From Gemmatirosa kalamazoonensis (GTDB lineage: Bacteria > Gemmatimonadota > Gemmatimonadetes > Gemmatimonadales > Gemmatimonadaceae), in assembly GCF_000522985.1 (NCBI RefSeq), contig NZ_CP007128.1, positions 974,220-1,038,219 on the forward strand: a stretch of DNA of 64,000 bases, in the 5' to 3' direction. The position numbers and the translations under genes are program-made. This document shows positions 27,734-40,593 of this stretch, one piece after another; within the stretch, counting starts at the first letter, position 1, and every line of letters begins with the position of its first letter. The notes under the pieces are model-generated. The model ran no database searches, was not told where the DNA came from, and worked only from the letters and a program-made list of their open reading frames with translations.

Positions 27734-27837
27734 CCTCGCGTTTGGAACGCGGATGACGCGGATCCCGCGGATAGGCTCACGGCGTGAGCCTCGATCCGAT
27801 CCGCGAGATCCGCGTGATCCGCGTCCTGAACGCGAGG
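27734..27837. repeat. Family-F hairpin: arms are 3 copies of GCGGATNAC/C flanking a palindromic AGGCTCACGGCGTGAGCCT core
   Basis: Left arm CCTCGCGTTTGGAACGCGGATGACGCGGATCCCGCGGAT, right arm GATCCGCGAGATCCGCGTGATCCGCGTCCTGAACGCGAGG. Non-coding region. Confidence 0.6.
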
Positions 27838-28228
27838 GACCGTGCCACGCGCGGAGCCCCACGCGGCGCGACAGCGCCGCCCATCCACCCACCATCGACT
27901 CACAGGAGGACGAGCGATGTTCGATTTCACGCAGCACGTTGGCGACCTCGCGTCGCGCCTCCGGCGTCTCGCTTCGGCGAGTGCCACGCCGCAGGCCGAG
28001 CCGATCCCCGGCAGCACGCAGGTGCCTAACAGCGCCGGCGGCCACGCCGCAGGTCATCTCGGAGTTCATCGGGTGAGGGGCGCGTTCGGCAGCGTGTCGG
28101 TCTCGGCGGACACGGCGCGCGCGAGCGCGAGGAGCGGAACGACCGCCGCGCGTGGGAGGACGACTAGTACCCGACCCTCGACAGTGCTTTCCCCGGACCC
28201 TCCGACTCCAGTCATGGGTCCGCGCCGT

Positions 28229-30325
28229 TCACTCCGGCAGCGCGAACGCCACGTATGCGTCCCCCGACCGCGTGCCGAGCTTCCCGCCCCCGGCCGCGAC
28301 CACCACGTACTGCCGCCCGCCGACGGCATACGTGCTCGGCGTCGCGTAGCCGGCGGCGGGCAGCGGCGCTTCCCACAGCAGCGCGCCGCTGTCCTTGTCG
28401 AAGGCGCGGATCTTCTCATCCATGGTCGCCGCGATGAACACCAGCCCGCCCGCGGTGACGATCGGACCGCCGTACTGCTCCGTGCCCGTCGGCGGGATCC
28501 CCTTCGCGGTGAGCGCGGCGTGCTCGCCTAACGGGATGCGCCACCGATATTCGCCCGTGTTGAGGTCGATCGCGCTCAGCGTTCCCCACGGCGGCTTGAT
28601 CGCCGGATAGCCGTCCGGGCCGCGCCACCGCTCGTAGCCGGCGAACCGGTAGCGTGTGGAACGAGAGGCGGCGCCGGCGTCCGTCGTGGCGCCTAACAGA
28701 TACGCCGCCACCGCGCGCGTCTCCTGGTCGGTGAGGCTCGGGAACGCGGGCATGAAGCCGCGACCGCGCCGGATCACCTGCTGGATCTGGTCCGTCGAGA
28801 GTCGCGCGCCGACGCCGACGAGCGACGGCACGCGGTCGCCGTCGCCGCGGCGGTCGGCCTTGTGGCACGCGACGCAGTTCGCCGCATAGACGTCGGCGCC
28901 GGTGCGTGCCGTGGTCGATGTCGCCGGTGCGGGGACCTCGCGCATCGCCGCGATCCACGGGACGTCGCTCGCGTTCACGTACAGCACGCCCGTCTCGCGG
29001 TCCACCGCGGCGCCGCCCCACTCCCCGCCGCCGTCGAACCCGGGCAGCACCACCGTCCCCTCGCGGCTCGGCGGGTCGAACAGACCGCCGTGACGGAGCG
29101 TGCGGAAGCGGTGCAGCGCGGAGTCGTGCGCCGCGGGCGACAGGTCGGTGAGATCCGCCTCGGTCATCGACTGGCGCGCGAACGGCGCCGGCTTCACCGG
29201 GATCGGCTGCGTCGGCCACGTGCGCTCGCCCGACAGATCGGACGGCGGCGCCGGGCGCTCCTCGACCGGGAACAGCGGCCGACCCGTCTCGCGATCGAAC
29301 ACGAAGACGAACCCCGACTTCGTGATCTGCGCGGCCGCGTCGACTCGGCGTCCGTCGCGCGTGAGCGTGACGAGGTTCGGCGCCGTGGGGAGGTCGCGGT
29401 CCCACACGTCGTGGTGCACGGTCTGGAAGTGCCACAGACGCCGGCCCGTCGCCGCGTCCAGCGCGACGAGGGCGTTCGCGTACAGGTTCGCCCCCGCGCG
29501 GTCGCCGCCGTAGAAGTCCGGCGTGGCCGAGCCTAACGGCACGAAGACGACGCCGCGCCGCGTGTCGAGGCTCATCCCCGGCCACGAGTTCGCGCCGCCG
29601 GCGCTGCTCCACGCGCCCTCGGGCCACGTCTCGGCGCCGTGCTCGCCGGGGCGCGGGATGGTGTGGAACGTCCACCGCACGCGGCCCGTGCGCACGTCGA
29701 ACGCGCGTACGTGTCCCGGCGCGGCGCCCTCGCTCTCCGAGACGCGCGTGCCCTGGATCAGCAGGTCGCGATACACGACGCCGGGGCTCGTCGCGATGAG
29801 GTACCCGCCGCCGACGTCTCTGCCTAACGAATCCGCGAGGTCGGCCCACCCGCCGTGCCCGAACGTCGCTACCGGCTTGCCGCTCGCGGCGTCGACGGCC
29901 CACAGCCGACGGCCCGCGGTGACGAACACGCGCCGGTCGGACGCGTCGGGCGACTCCCAGTAGGCGACGCCGCGGTTCGCGTGGATCTCGCGCCGCTGGC
30001 CCTGCCACGGGTCGAAGCGCCACAGTTCCTCGCCGGTGTCGCCGCGCAGCGCGAGCAGCTGCAGCGTCGGCGACGTCGCGTACAGCACGCCGTGCACGAC
30101 GACGGGCGTCGCCTGGATCTGCGTCCCGCCACTCGGCGACGCGTCGCCCGTGTGGTGGATCCACGCGACGCGCAGGCGCTTCACGGTGGTTCGATCGATC
30201 TGGGCGAGCGGCGAGTGGCGGCTGTTCCCCGGCTCGCCGCCGGTGACCGGCCAGTCGACGTCGCGTGGCGTCGGCGCGCCGCGGGCGCACGCGGCGAGGG
30301 CAAGGATGACGAGGGCTCGCTTCAT
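28229..30325 (-). CDS. PQQ-dependent dehydrogenase with a cytochrome c domain (quinohemoprotein)
   Basis: Signal peptide MKRALVILALAACARG. PQQ beta-propeller repeats. CVACHKADRRGD (CxxCH haem-binding) near the C-terminus. Confidence 0.75.
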   Translation of the reverse strand: MKRALVILALAACARGAPTPRDVDWPVTGGEPGNSRHSPLAQIDRTTVKRLRVAWIHHTGDASPSGGTQIQATPVVVHGVLYATSPTLQLLALRGDTGEELWRFDPWQGQRREIHANRGVAYWESPDASDRRVFVTAGRRLWAVDAASGKPVATFGHGGWADLADSLGRDVGGGYLIATSPGVVYRDLLIQGTRVSESEGAAPGHVRAFDVRTGRVRWTFHTIPRPGEHGAETWPEGAWSSAGGANSWPGMSLDTRRGVVFVPLGSATPDFYGGDRAGANLYANALVALDAATGRRLWHFQTVHHDVWDRDLPTAPNLVTLTRDGRRVDAAAQITKSGFVFVFDRETGRPLFPVEERPAPPSDLSGERTWPTQPIPVKPAPFARQSMTEADLTDLSPAAHDSALHRFRTLRHGGLFDPPSREGTVVLPGFDGGGEWGGAAVDRETGVLYVNASDVPWIAAMREVPAPATSTTARTGADVYAANCVACHKADRRGDGDRVPSLVGVGARLSTDQIQQVIRRGRGFMPAFPSLTDQETRAVAAYLLGATTDAGAASRSTRYRFAGYERWRGPDGYPAIKPPWGTLSAIDLNTGEYRWRIPLGEHAALTAKGIPPTGTEQYGGPIVTAGGLVFIAATMDEKIRAFDKDSGALLWEAPLPAAGYATPSTYAVGGRQYVVVAAGGGKLGTRSGDAYVAFALPE

Positions 30326-30377
30326 GGCGGCCGAAGCTGGAGCGCGGGGCGACGACGCGCTACTGGAGCGGTTCGTC

Positions 30378-30521
30378 TCACGCGGAGCCGCGGAGAACGC
30401 GGAGATCTTCCACTTCGAACAGCAACGACCTGGGGATGAAAACGATCGAGAGATCCTGGCATCCTTTCATCCGCGGGTCTTGGCTCTTGATGTTCTCCGC
30501 GTCCTCCGCGGCTCCGCGTGA
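30378..30521. repeat. Family-B hairpin (TCACGCGGAGCCGCGGAGAACGCGGAGA ... TCTCCGCGTCCTCCGCGGCTCCGCGTGA) with an about 85-nt structured centre
   Basis: Arms are perfectly inverted. Intergenic, between divergent genes. Confidence 0.7.
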
Positions 30522-30571
30522 GCCAAAAACATATGGCGCCGTTCTCCGCCGACACGTAGTGTTACGGAGCG

Positions 30572-31123
30572 ATGCCCACCTTCTTCCTCGCCTGCGCCCT
30601 CCTCGGCGGCGGCGTGGTGCTCCTGCAGCTCGTGGCCACGCTGCTCGGCCTCGACCACGACGCGCACGACCTCCACGCGCCGCACGCACATGACGCCGCC
30701 CAGGGGCTCCATCTCGGGAGCCTCCGGGCGCTCTCGGCCGGGCTCGCGTTCTTCGGGCTCACCGGCTACGGGCTGCTGCGCGCCGGCTGGGGCACGCCGG
30801 CGGTGCTCGGCCTGTCGGTCGTCGCCGGCGTCGCGGCGCTCGTCGTCGTGGCGGTGCTGCTCCGGCTCATGCTGCGGCTCGAGTCCGACGGCACGGTGCG
30901 CATCGAGAACGCGGTCTGGCAGCCGGCCACCGTGTACGTGCCGATCCCCGGCGCGCGCGCGGGGGCGGGCAAGGTGACGCTGTCGCTCCAGGGCCGGCTC
31001 GTCGAATACCAGGCCGTCACCGGCGAGGGCGCGCTCCCCACCGGGACGCCGGTGACCGTCGTCGACGTCGTCGCGCCCGACACGCTGGAAGTCGTTCGTA
31101 CGCCCGCTACCCCTCTCGACTGA
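30572..31123 (+). CDS. NfeD-like membrane protein
   Basis: N-terminal TM helices plus a C-terminal OB-like domain. Immediately upstream of the flotillin gene, which is the canonical pairing. Confidence 0.55.
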   Translation: MPTFFLACALLGGGVVLLQLVATLLGLDHDAHDLHAPHAHDAAQGLHLGSLRALSAGLAFFGLTGYGLLRAGWGTPAVLGLSVVAGVAALVVVAVLLRLMLRLESDGTVRIENAVWQPATVYVPIPGARAGAGKVTLSLQGRLVEYQAVTGEGALPTGTPVTVVDVVAPDTLEVVRTPATPLD

Positions 31124-31136
31124 GGACTCCTCGATC

Positions 31137-32864
31137 ATGTCGTCCCTGCCGCTCGCCCTGCTCCAGGTCTCCAACCCCGTCGCCGGGATGTCGACGGCGC
31201 TCGTCGCCGCGATCCTCGGCCTCGCCGTCGTGCTCGGGCTGGTGACGCTGTTCGTGTCGCGCTACAAGCGCTGCCCGGCGAACCGCATCCTCGTGATCTC
31301 CGGATCCGTCGGCGGCGGCAACGCGGCGAAGTGCGTCTCCGGCGGCGGCGCGTTCGTGTGGCCGGTGATCCAGGAGTACAACTACCTGCCGCTCGAGCCG
31401 ATCAAGATGGACATCCCGCTGAACGACGCGCTGTCGCTGGAGAACATCCGCATCAGCGTGCCGGCGGTGTTCACCGTCGCCATCGGCAACGAGCCCGAGG
31501 TGCGGCAGAACGCGGCGATGCGACTGCTGGGCATGCGCCTCGACCAGATCGAGGGCACCGCGCACGACATCATCGTCGGCCAGCTGCGACAGGTCATCGC
31601 GTCGATGCGCATCGACGAGATCAACCGCGACCGCGACGGGTTCCTGCACAAGGTCCAGCACCAGCTCGAGCCGGAGCTGAAGAAGATCGGGCTCATGCTG
31701 CTGAACGTGAACATCAAGGACCTGAAGGACGGCGCCGGCTACCTCGACGCGTTAGGCAAGCAGGCCGCGCAGCAGGCGATCCAGACCGCGCGCGGCGACG
31801 TGGCCGAGCAGGAGAAGATCGGTGAGATCCGCGTCGCGAACGCGAACCGCGAGAAGGCCACCGCGGTGGCGGAGGCCGAGGCGCAGCGCGAGATCGCGCT
31901 CCGCGAGACGCAGCGCGAGCGCGCGACGCGCATCGCGCAGCTCGACAAGGAGCAGCAGATCGCCGAGCAGACGGCGGCGTTCGAGCGGGAGGCCGAGGTC
32001 GCGTCGGCGGAGCAGAAGAAGCGCATCGCGCTCGCCGCGGCCGACGCGACGGCGCTCGCCGGCGAGGCGGAGGCGAAGGCGCGCCGCGAGGCCGCGGTGG
32101 CGTCGGCCGATCAGAAGCGCCGCGTCGCGCTCGCCGAGGCGAATGCGACCGCGGTCGCCGGCGAGGCCGACGCACAGGCGCGCGTGGCCGCCACGAACTC
32201 CGCGCTGCAGGTGAAGCAGGCCGAGGCCTACCTCACGGCGGAGACGAAGAAGCGCGAGGCGGAGGCCGCCGTGGCCGAGGCGCAGAACCGTGCGCTCGCG
32301 CGCGCCGCGCTCGCCGAGGCGGAGCGCGTGGAGGCGGAGAAGCGTGCCGCGCTCGAGGCGCCCGCGAAGGCCGAGAAGGCGCGTCGCATCGTGGAGGCCG
32401 AAGCGGCCGCCGAGCAGGTGCGGCTCGCCGCGGAGGCCGAGGCGAACGCGACCCGCGTGAAGCTCGAGGCGCAGGCGCAGGGTGAGGCCGCGATCATCGA
32501 GCAGCGCGCCGAGGCGTTGGGCAAGCTGATCGAGAAGGCGGGTGGTGCGCGCGAGGCGTTCTTGCTGCAGCTGCAGGAGCAGATGCCGATGCTCGCCGAG
32601 ACCGCGGCGAAGGCGATCAGCGGCATCAAGATCGACAAGATCGTCGTGTGGGAGGGCGGCAACGGCGTCGGCAACGGCAGCACGTCGAACTTCATCCAGA
32701 GCATGGCGCGGTCGCTGCCGCCGATGATGGACGTGCTGCAGAACATCGCCGGCGTGGAGCTGCCGAACTACCTCGGCAAGAGCGTCTCCGTGCCTAACGA
32801 CGTGCCGACGCCGGGGAGCGCGGTGGCGGAGACGAAGGAGCCAGCGAAGGACGCGGCGAAGTAA
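31137..32864 (+). CDS. Flotillin / SPFH (band 7) family protein
   Basis: N-terminal TM, SPFH domain (...RCPANRILVISGSVGGGNAAKCVSGGGAFVWPVIQEYNYLPLEP...), then a long A/E-rich coiled-coil. Confidence 0.85.
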   Translation: MSSLPLALLQVSNPVAGMSTALVAAILGLAVVLGLVTLFVSRYKRCPANRILVISGSVGGGNAAKCVSGGGAFVWPVIQEYNYLPLEPIKMDIPLNDALSLENIRISVPAVFTVAIGNEPEVRQNAAMRLLGMRLDQIEGTAHDIIVGQLRQVIASMRIDEINRDRDGFLHKVQHQLEPELKKIGLMLLNVNIKDLKDGAGYLDALGKQAAQQAIQTARGDVAEQEKIGEIRVANANREKATAVAEAEAQREIALRETQRERATRIAQLDKEQQIAEQTAAFEREAEVASAEQKKRIALAAADATALAGEAEAKARREAAVASADQKRRVALAEANATAVAGEADAQARVAATNSALQVKQAEAYLTAETKKREAEAAVAEAQNRALARAALAEAERVEAEKRAALEAPAKAEKARRIVEAEAAAEQVRLAAEAEANATRVKLEAQAQGEAAIIEQRAEALGKLIEKAGGAREAFLLQLQEQMPMLAETAAKAISGIKIDKIVVWEGGNGVGNGSTSNFIQSMARSLPPMMDVLQNIAGVELPNYLGKSVSVPNDVPTPGSAVAETKEPAKDAAK

Positions 32865-32981
32865 AGGGACGCAGCCATCGGGGCAAAGCTCCACGAGCCG
32901 AAGGGGTTGGGACCGCATGTCGGGTTTGCGCCGCGTCCGTCGTTAAGCGGATCGCAGCCGACCCCAACCCCGGAGGCGACC

Positions 32982-34166
32982 GTGACCAGCAGCATCCGAA
33001 CGCTCGTGCGCGCGTGCGCGCTCGTCGTGTCCCCCGCCCTCGCCGCCTGCTCCGACGGCGCGACGGCGACGCCCGACTCCACCGCCGCCCGCACTGTGAG
33101 CGTCGGCGCGACGGCGAGCGTGCGATGGAACCAGCGCGCCGTCGCCCTCGTCGTCGCGCGACAGCCCGCCAGCAACGGGCAGGCGGCGGTGAGCCGCATC
33201 CTGACCTATCTCTCGCTCGCGCAGTACCGCGCGGCGGCCGCGGCGCAGGGCGCCCAGACCACCGCGGGCGCCGCGTCGCCGTCGGTCTCCGCGGCGGTGG
33301 GAGGCGCGTCGGCCGCCGTGCTCGACGCGTTCTTCCCGCTCGACGTGGCATCGATCGAGGCGCAGCTGAACGCCGACCTCGCAGTGCCCCCGTGGCCGGG
33401 CGCGGCGCCCGAGGACGTCGTGGGCGGCCAGGCCCTCGGCCGGAGGATCGGCACCGCGGTGCTCGCGCAGGCGGATCGGGACAACTACCTCGCCGCGTCG
33501 CCCGGCACGCCGCCGGTCGGTCCGAGCATGTGGGTGTCGTCCAGCGCCGCGATCGTCCGCTCGCTCTACGGCGTGCGCCCGTTCTTCCTCCGCGCGCCTA
33601 ACGAGCTCCGGCCGCCCGCGCCGCCGGCCATCGGCTCGCCGAAGTTCGTCGAGGCGCTGGCCGAGGTGCGCCGCATCGCCGACACGCGGACCGCGGAGCA
33701 GACGGCGATCGCCACGAACTGGAACACGTCGAGCGGCACGTTCACCGCGGGCGCGCTCAATCTCGTCGCCGACGACGTCATTCGCGAGCACGGCGCGCCG
33801 GAGCTCGACGCCGCGCGCGTCCTCGCGTTCGCGAACGCGGCGGCGTTCGACGCGCAGATCGCGTGCTGGGACGCGAAGTTCGCGTACTGGTTCATCCGCC
33901 CGTCGCAGGCCGATCCCGGCATCGCGCTCGCCATCGCGCTCCCGAACCACCCGTCGTACCCGTCGGGGCACTCGTGCATGACGGCCGCGCTGTTCGGCGT
34001 GCTGGCGAACGCGTTCCCCGACCAGCGCGCGCGCCTGGACGCGATGGTGGACGAGGCCGGGATGTCGCGCGTCTACGGCGGCATCCACTACCGCTTCGAC
34101 ATCGACGCGGGGCGCGACATCGGCCGCGCGGCGGCGGCGCTCGCGCTCAACGGCTCACTCAAGTAG
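32982..34166 (+). CDS. PAP2-superfamily / vanadium-haloperoxidase-like protein, lipoprotein
   Basis: GTG start with a GGAGG SD. Lipobox LAAC. PSYPSGHS and SRVYGGIHYRFD are PAP2/haloperoxidase motifs. Confidence 0.6.
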   Translation: MTSSIRTLVRACALVVSPALAACSDGATATPDSTAARTVSVGATASVRWNQRAVALVVARQPASNGQAAVSRILTYLSLAQYRAAAAAQGAQTTAGAASPSVSAAVGGASAAVLDAFFPLDVASIEAQLNADLAVPPWPGAAPEDVVGGQALGRRIGTAVLAQADRDNYLAASPGTPPVGPSMWVSSSAAIVRSLYGVRPFFLRAPNELRPPAPPAIGSPKFVEALAEVRRIADTRTAEQTAIATNWNTSSGTFTAGALNLVADDVIREHGAPELDAARVLAFANAAAFDAQIACWDAKFAYWFIRPSQADPGIALAIALPNHPSYPSGHSCMTAALFGVLANAFPDQRARLDAMVDEAGMSRVYGGIHYRFDIDAGRDIGRAAAALALNGSLK

Positions 34167-34706
34167 TGCGCGGCGCAGCAGCACGCGCGCCTTCGCCCAG
34201 TCGCGCTCCACGGTGCGGACGGCGATGCCTAACGACTCCGCGATCTCCTCCTGCGTGAGCCCGCCGAAGAAGCGGCACTCGACGACGCGCGCGAGCCGCG
34301 GCTCGACCGCGGCCAGCCGCTCCAGCGCCTCGTGCAGCTGCAGCAGCGCCTCCGGCTGGTCGTCGGCCGCGATCCGGTCCTCGTCGAGCGAGACGCGCAC
34401 GCGCCCGCCGCCCCGCTTCTGCGCGAGGCGCGCCTTCGCGCGGTCCACGAGCACGTGGCGCATCGCGAGCGAGGCCACCGCGAGGAAGTGCGCGCGGTCG
34501 CTCCACCGGGCGCGCGACTGGTCGACGAGCTTGAGATACGCCTCGTGCACGAGCCCCGTCGTCTGCAGCGTGGCGCCCGGGGCGCGTGCCGCGAGCTGGC
34601 GGTGCGCGATCCGGCGCAGCTCGTCGTACACGAGTGGTACGAGCTGCTCCAGCTCCTCGTGCGCGCGGAGCGCGTCGAGCAGATCGGGGTGCGGCGTGCC
34701 CGTCAT
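34155..34706 (-). CDS. ECF (sigma-70 family, group IV) RNA polymerase sigma factor
   Basis: 183 aa, sigma-2 region ...LVHEAYLKLVD... and sigma-4 ...FFGGLTQEEIAESLGIAVRTVERDWAKAR.... Starts 2 nt after the kinase stop. Confidence 0.8.
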   Translation of the reverse strand: MTGTPHPDLLDALRAHEELEQLVPLVYDELRRIAHRQLAARAPGATLQTTGLVHEAYLKLVDQSRARWSDRAHFLAVASLAMRHVLVDRAKARLAQKRGGGRVRVSLDEDRIAADDQPEALLQLHEALERLAAVEPRLARVVECRFFGGLTQEEIAESLGIAVRTVERDWAKARVLLRRALLE

Positions 34707-34708
34707 GC

Positions 34709-37576
<2,868 letters not shown>

Positions 37577-37602
37577 GCCGACGGGTGAGAGTGCGGGCCC
37601 GT

Positions 37603-37612
37603 GGGGGGGGGG
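37603..37612. repeat. G10 homopolymer in a divergent promoter region
   Basis: gtGGGGGGGGGGcc, between the kinase start (37576) and the isomerase start (37725). Confidence 0.6.
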
Positions 37613-37724
37613 CCGCGACGGGGATACGGTACGCGTCCGCGGCGCTTCGCGTTAGGCTGGCGCGGCGTCTTCCCCGCTCGTGTGCCGGACGTCACATTCG
37701 CCGCGGCCCCGAACCCCCTCCCTC

Positions 37725-38609
37725 ATGCGCACCCCCGATCGCCGTCCATCGCACGGCCTCACGCGCCGCGAGGCGCTCGCCGCCACCACCGCCGGCCTCG
37801 CCGCGCTCGGCGGACTCGTCACGACCACCGAGGCTCAGCCGATGTCGGGACGCCTGAAGCAGTCCGTGTCGCGATGGCCGTACGCGTCGATCCCGCTGCC
37901 GGAGTTCTGCCGCGCGGTGAAGGCGTTAGGCATCGTGGCGATCGACCTGCTGCAGCCGGACGAGTGGCCCGTCGTGCGCGACGCGGGGCTCGTCTGCTCG
38001 ATGGGCTATCCGACGCCGCGCCGCGACTTCATCCCCGCCGGCTTCAACGACCGCGCGAACCACCCCATGCTGCTGCGCGAGCTGGAGGCGACGATCCCCC
38101 GCGCCGCGCAGGCCGGCGTGCCCAACGTCATCGCGATGTTCGGCAACCGGAAGGGCCGGAGCGACGCCGAGTCGATCGAGAACTGCGTGGTGGGGCTGAA
38201 GCAGATCGCGCCGCTGGCCGAGCAGCACGGGGTGACCGTGTGCGTCGAGCTGCTGAACAGCAAGGTGGATCACAAGGACTACCAGGGCGACCACACCGCG
38301 TTCGGCTCCACGGTGATCCGCGGCGTCGGCTCGCCGCGCGTGAAGCTGCTGTACGACATCTACCACATGCAGATCATGGAGGGGGACGTGATCCGCACCG
38401 TGCGCGACCACTTCGCGGACATCGCCCACTTCCACACCGGCGGCGTGCCGGGTCGCCACGAGCTGGACGACACGCAGGAGCTGAACTGGCACGCCGTCGC
38501 GCGGGCGATCGCAGACCTCGGCTTCACGGGATACATCGCGCACGAGTTCGTGCCGACGCGCGATCCGCTGACGTCGTTGAAGGAGGCGGTGGCGACGTGC
38601 ACGGTGTGA
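37725..38609 (+). CDS. Sugar-phosphate isomerase/epimerase (xylose-isomerase-like TIM barrel, hydroxypyruvate-isomerase-like) with Tat signal
   Basis: RREALAATTAGLAALGG twin-arginine motif, then a TIM-barrel with ...CVELLN... and ...HFHTGG.... Confidence 0.65.
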   Translation: MRTPDRRPSHGLTRREALAATTAGLAALGGLVTTTEAQPMSGRLKQSVSRWPYASIPLPEFCRAVKALGIVAIDLLQPDEWPVVRDAGLVCSMGYPTPRRDFIPAGFNDRANHPMLLRELEATIPRAAQAGVPNVIAMFGNRKGRSDAESIENCVVGLKQIAPLAEQHGVTVCVELLNSKVDHKDYQGDHTAFGSTVIRGVGSPRVKLLYDIYHMQIMEGDVIRTVRDHFADIAHFHTGGVPGRHELDDTQELNWHAVARAIADLGFTGYIAHEFVPTRDPLTSLKEAVATCTV

Positions 38610-39526
38610 GGATCCGTCGCGCGCTCGTCGCCGCGCTGGTGCTCGCGCCCGCGACGCTCGCGGCGCAGGACGATTCCGCGTCGACGCGAGCGAAGCACGA
38701 CGTGCTGTGGCACCGGATGGAGGACTCCGTGCGCGCGATCGCGGAGCGCACCGACGCCGTGGTCGGCGTCGCGATCCTCGACCTCACCGACGGACGCGCG
38801 CTCTACCTGAACGCTGACGCGGCCTACCCGACGGCGAGCACCATCAAGATCGCGCTGCTCGCCGAGCTCTATCGCCAGGACGAGCGCCGCGACGGCGCGA
38901 AGCTCGGCGACACCTACACGGTCGACGCCAAGGACGCGGTCGGCGGCGCGGGGATCATGGGCGGGCTCTCGCCGGGCGCCACGCGGCTCACCAATCGCGA
39001 CCTCGCGCGGCTCATGGTGTCGCTCAGCGACAACTCGGCCACGAACGTCCTCATCGACCGCGTCGGGATGGAGCGGGTGAACGCGCTGCTCTCCGGGCTC
39101 GGTCTCGAGAAGACGCGGCTCCGGCGGCACATGATGGATACGCGGGCGGCACGCGAGGGGCGCGAGAACACGGCGACGCCGCGGGAGCTCGTGACGCTGC
39201 TCGGCGCGTTGCACGCCGGCCGAGTGTTAGGCAGGGTGGCGACGGACTCGTTCTTCGCGATGCTGAGCACCGGGAAGAACGGCTACATCACCCGCCTGCT
39301 GCCGCCCGACGTCACCGTCGCGAACAAGCCCGGAGATCTCGACGGGGTGCGGAACGATGCCGCCGTGGTGTTCGTGCCGGGGCGGCCGTTCGCGATCGCG
39401 GTGCTGACGACGTACGGCGGGGACGATCGCGCGGCGGAGGGGCGGATCGCGGAGATCGCGCGCGCCGCGTGGACGTACTTCGATCGCGTGGGGCGGAGCT
39501 GGGCGCTGGGACGCGTCGTGCGCTGA
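38597..39526 (+). CDS. Class A beta-lactamase-like serine hydrolase
   Basis: Signal peptide, STIK (SxxK), SDN, KPG (KTG-like) motifs. A GTG start with an AGGAGG SD overlaps the upstream stop. Confidence 0.6.
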   Translation: MHGVRIRRALVAALVLAPATLAAQDDSASTRAKHDVLWHRMEDSVRAIAERTDAVVGVAILDLTDGRALYLNADAAYPTASTIKIALLAELYRQDERRDGAKLGDTYTVDAKDAVGGAGIMGGLSPGATRLTNRDLARLMVSLSDNSATNVLIDRVGMERVNALLSGLGLEKTRLRRHMMDTRAAREGRENTATPRELVTLLGALHAGRVLGRVATDSFFAMLSTGKNGYITRLLPPDVTVANKPGDLDGVRNDAAVVFVPGRPFAIAVLTTYGGDDRAAEGRIAEIARAAWTYFDRVGRSWALGRVVR

Positions 39527-39541
39527 GCGCGCGGAGGCACC

Positions 39542-40456
39542 ATGACACCGGCCGGGTCGTGGCTGCTGGTCTCGCTGCCGGTCGCGCTGGTTGCGATCGG
39601 GCTGCTGGTACGTGTCGCGCTCAGCCTCGTGCGCGCGACGCGCGCCGCGGTCGTGGTGCGGGTGCCGGTGCGCGCGGAGCAGCGAGTGACGTTCGAGCGT
39701 GGGGGCGCGCTGTCGCTGAACCTCGAAGCGAGCGACCTCGCGCGGGCACGCGTGGGGCTCCGGTTCTCGCTGACGGCCGCCGACGGGTCCGAGGTCCTGC
39801 TCCGACCGGCGGTCGCGCCGATCACCGTGTCGTCGTTCATGCGCGCGCGCATGGAGCTCATGCGGCTCACGCTTCCCTCGCCTGGCGCGTACGTGCTCCG
39901 CGTCGACGGTGCCGACCCGCGGGACGGGAACGACGCCATCGTCTTCACGCGACCGTTAGGCGCGTCGCTCGTCCGCCACGTGGTCGCGCTGATCGCGGTC
40001 GGGGCTCTGCTCGTCGGCTCGCTCGTCGTGTCCGGCCTCGCTCTCCTCGGCGGCTCACGCGCGGCGGCGCCCCGCACGCTCGAGGCGACGATCGCGGAGG
40101 CGGCCGCGGTGGTGCGCGCGCGAACCGTGGGCAGCGGCGCGCCGAGGTTCCAGGTGCTCGAGACGCTCGCCGGTGCCGTGCCTGCGCATGTCGCCGGCGC
40201 CGGTCGGGCGGAGGGACTCGTTCTTGATACGCGCGCCGCGGAGGCGTCGGGCTACCGCGCGATGGACGGGCAGGAGGTGATCGTGCTGCTCGCCCCGGTG
40301 CCGCCCGCGACGGCGGACGCACCGGCCAGCGTGCGCGTCGGCGAGCCGCTCGCGCTGCTGCCGATCGTCGACGGGCGGGTGGTGTTCCTGCCTAACGATC
40401 CGGTGGGGCGACGCTCGCTCACGCTGGAGGAGCTACGCCGGCTGAGCGCGCGATGA
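39542..40456 (+). CDS. Hypothetical membrane protein
   Basis: Two hydrophobic segments. No recognisable domain. Confidence 0.4.
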   Translation: MTPAGSWLLVSLPVALVAIGLLVRVALSLVRATRAAVVVRVPVRAEQRVTFERGGALSLNLEASDLARARVGLRFSLTAADGSEVLLRPAVAPITVSSFMRARMELMRLTLPSPGAYVLRVDGADPRDGNDAIVFTRPLGASLVRHVVALIAVGALLVGSLVVSGLALLGGSRAAAPRTLEATIAEAAAVVRARTVGSGAPRFQVLETLAGAVPAHVAGAGRAEGLVLDTRAAEASGYRAMDGQEVIVLLAPVPPATADAPASVRVGEPLALLPIVDGRVVFLPNDPVGRRSLTLEELRRLSAR

Positions 40457-40593
40457 GGCGCGTTACTCTCGGGCCGCACCGGGCGTGAGAACCTGCCGCG
40501 CCGCGGCTCTCTATCGAGATGTGCCGTCCCGTCCTGCCGTCGCCGGGCGACGCCGCCCCGCGGGCACGATGCGCGTCATCGACCATCAGGGAC

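Noticed and set aside
27917-28531. ORF beginning MFDFTQHVGDLASRL with a strong AGGAGG SD 7 nt upstream.
   Set aside because: It runs about 300 nt antisense into the 3' end of the PQQ dehydrogenase gene, and its codon usage degrades after about 60 codons. It could be a small protein but is not supportable. It is mentioned only because of the good SD.
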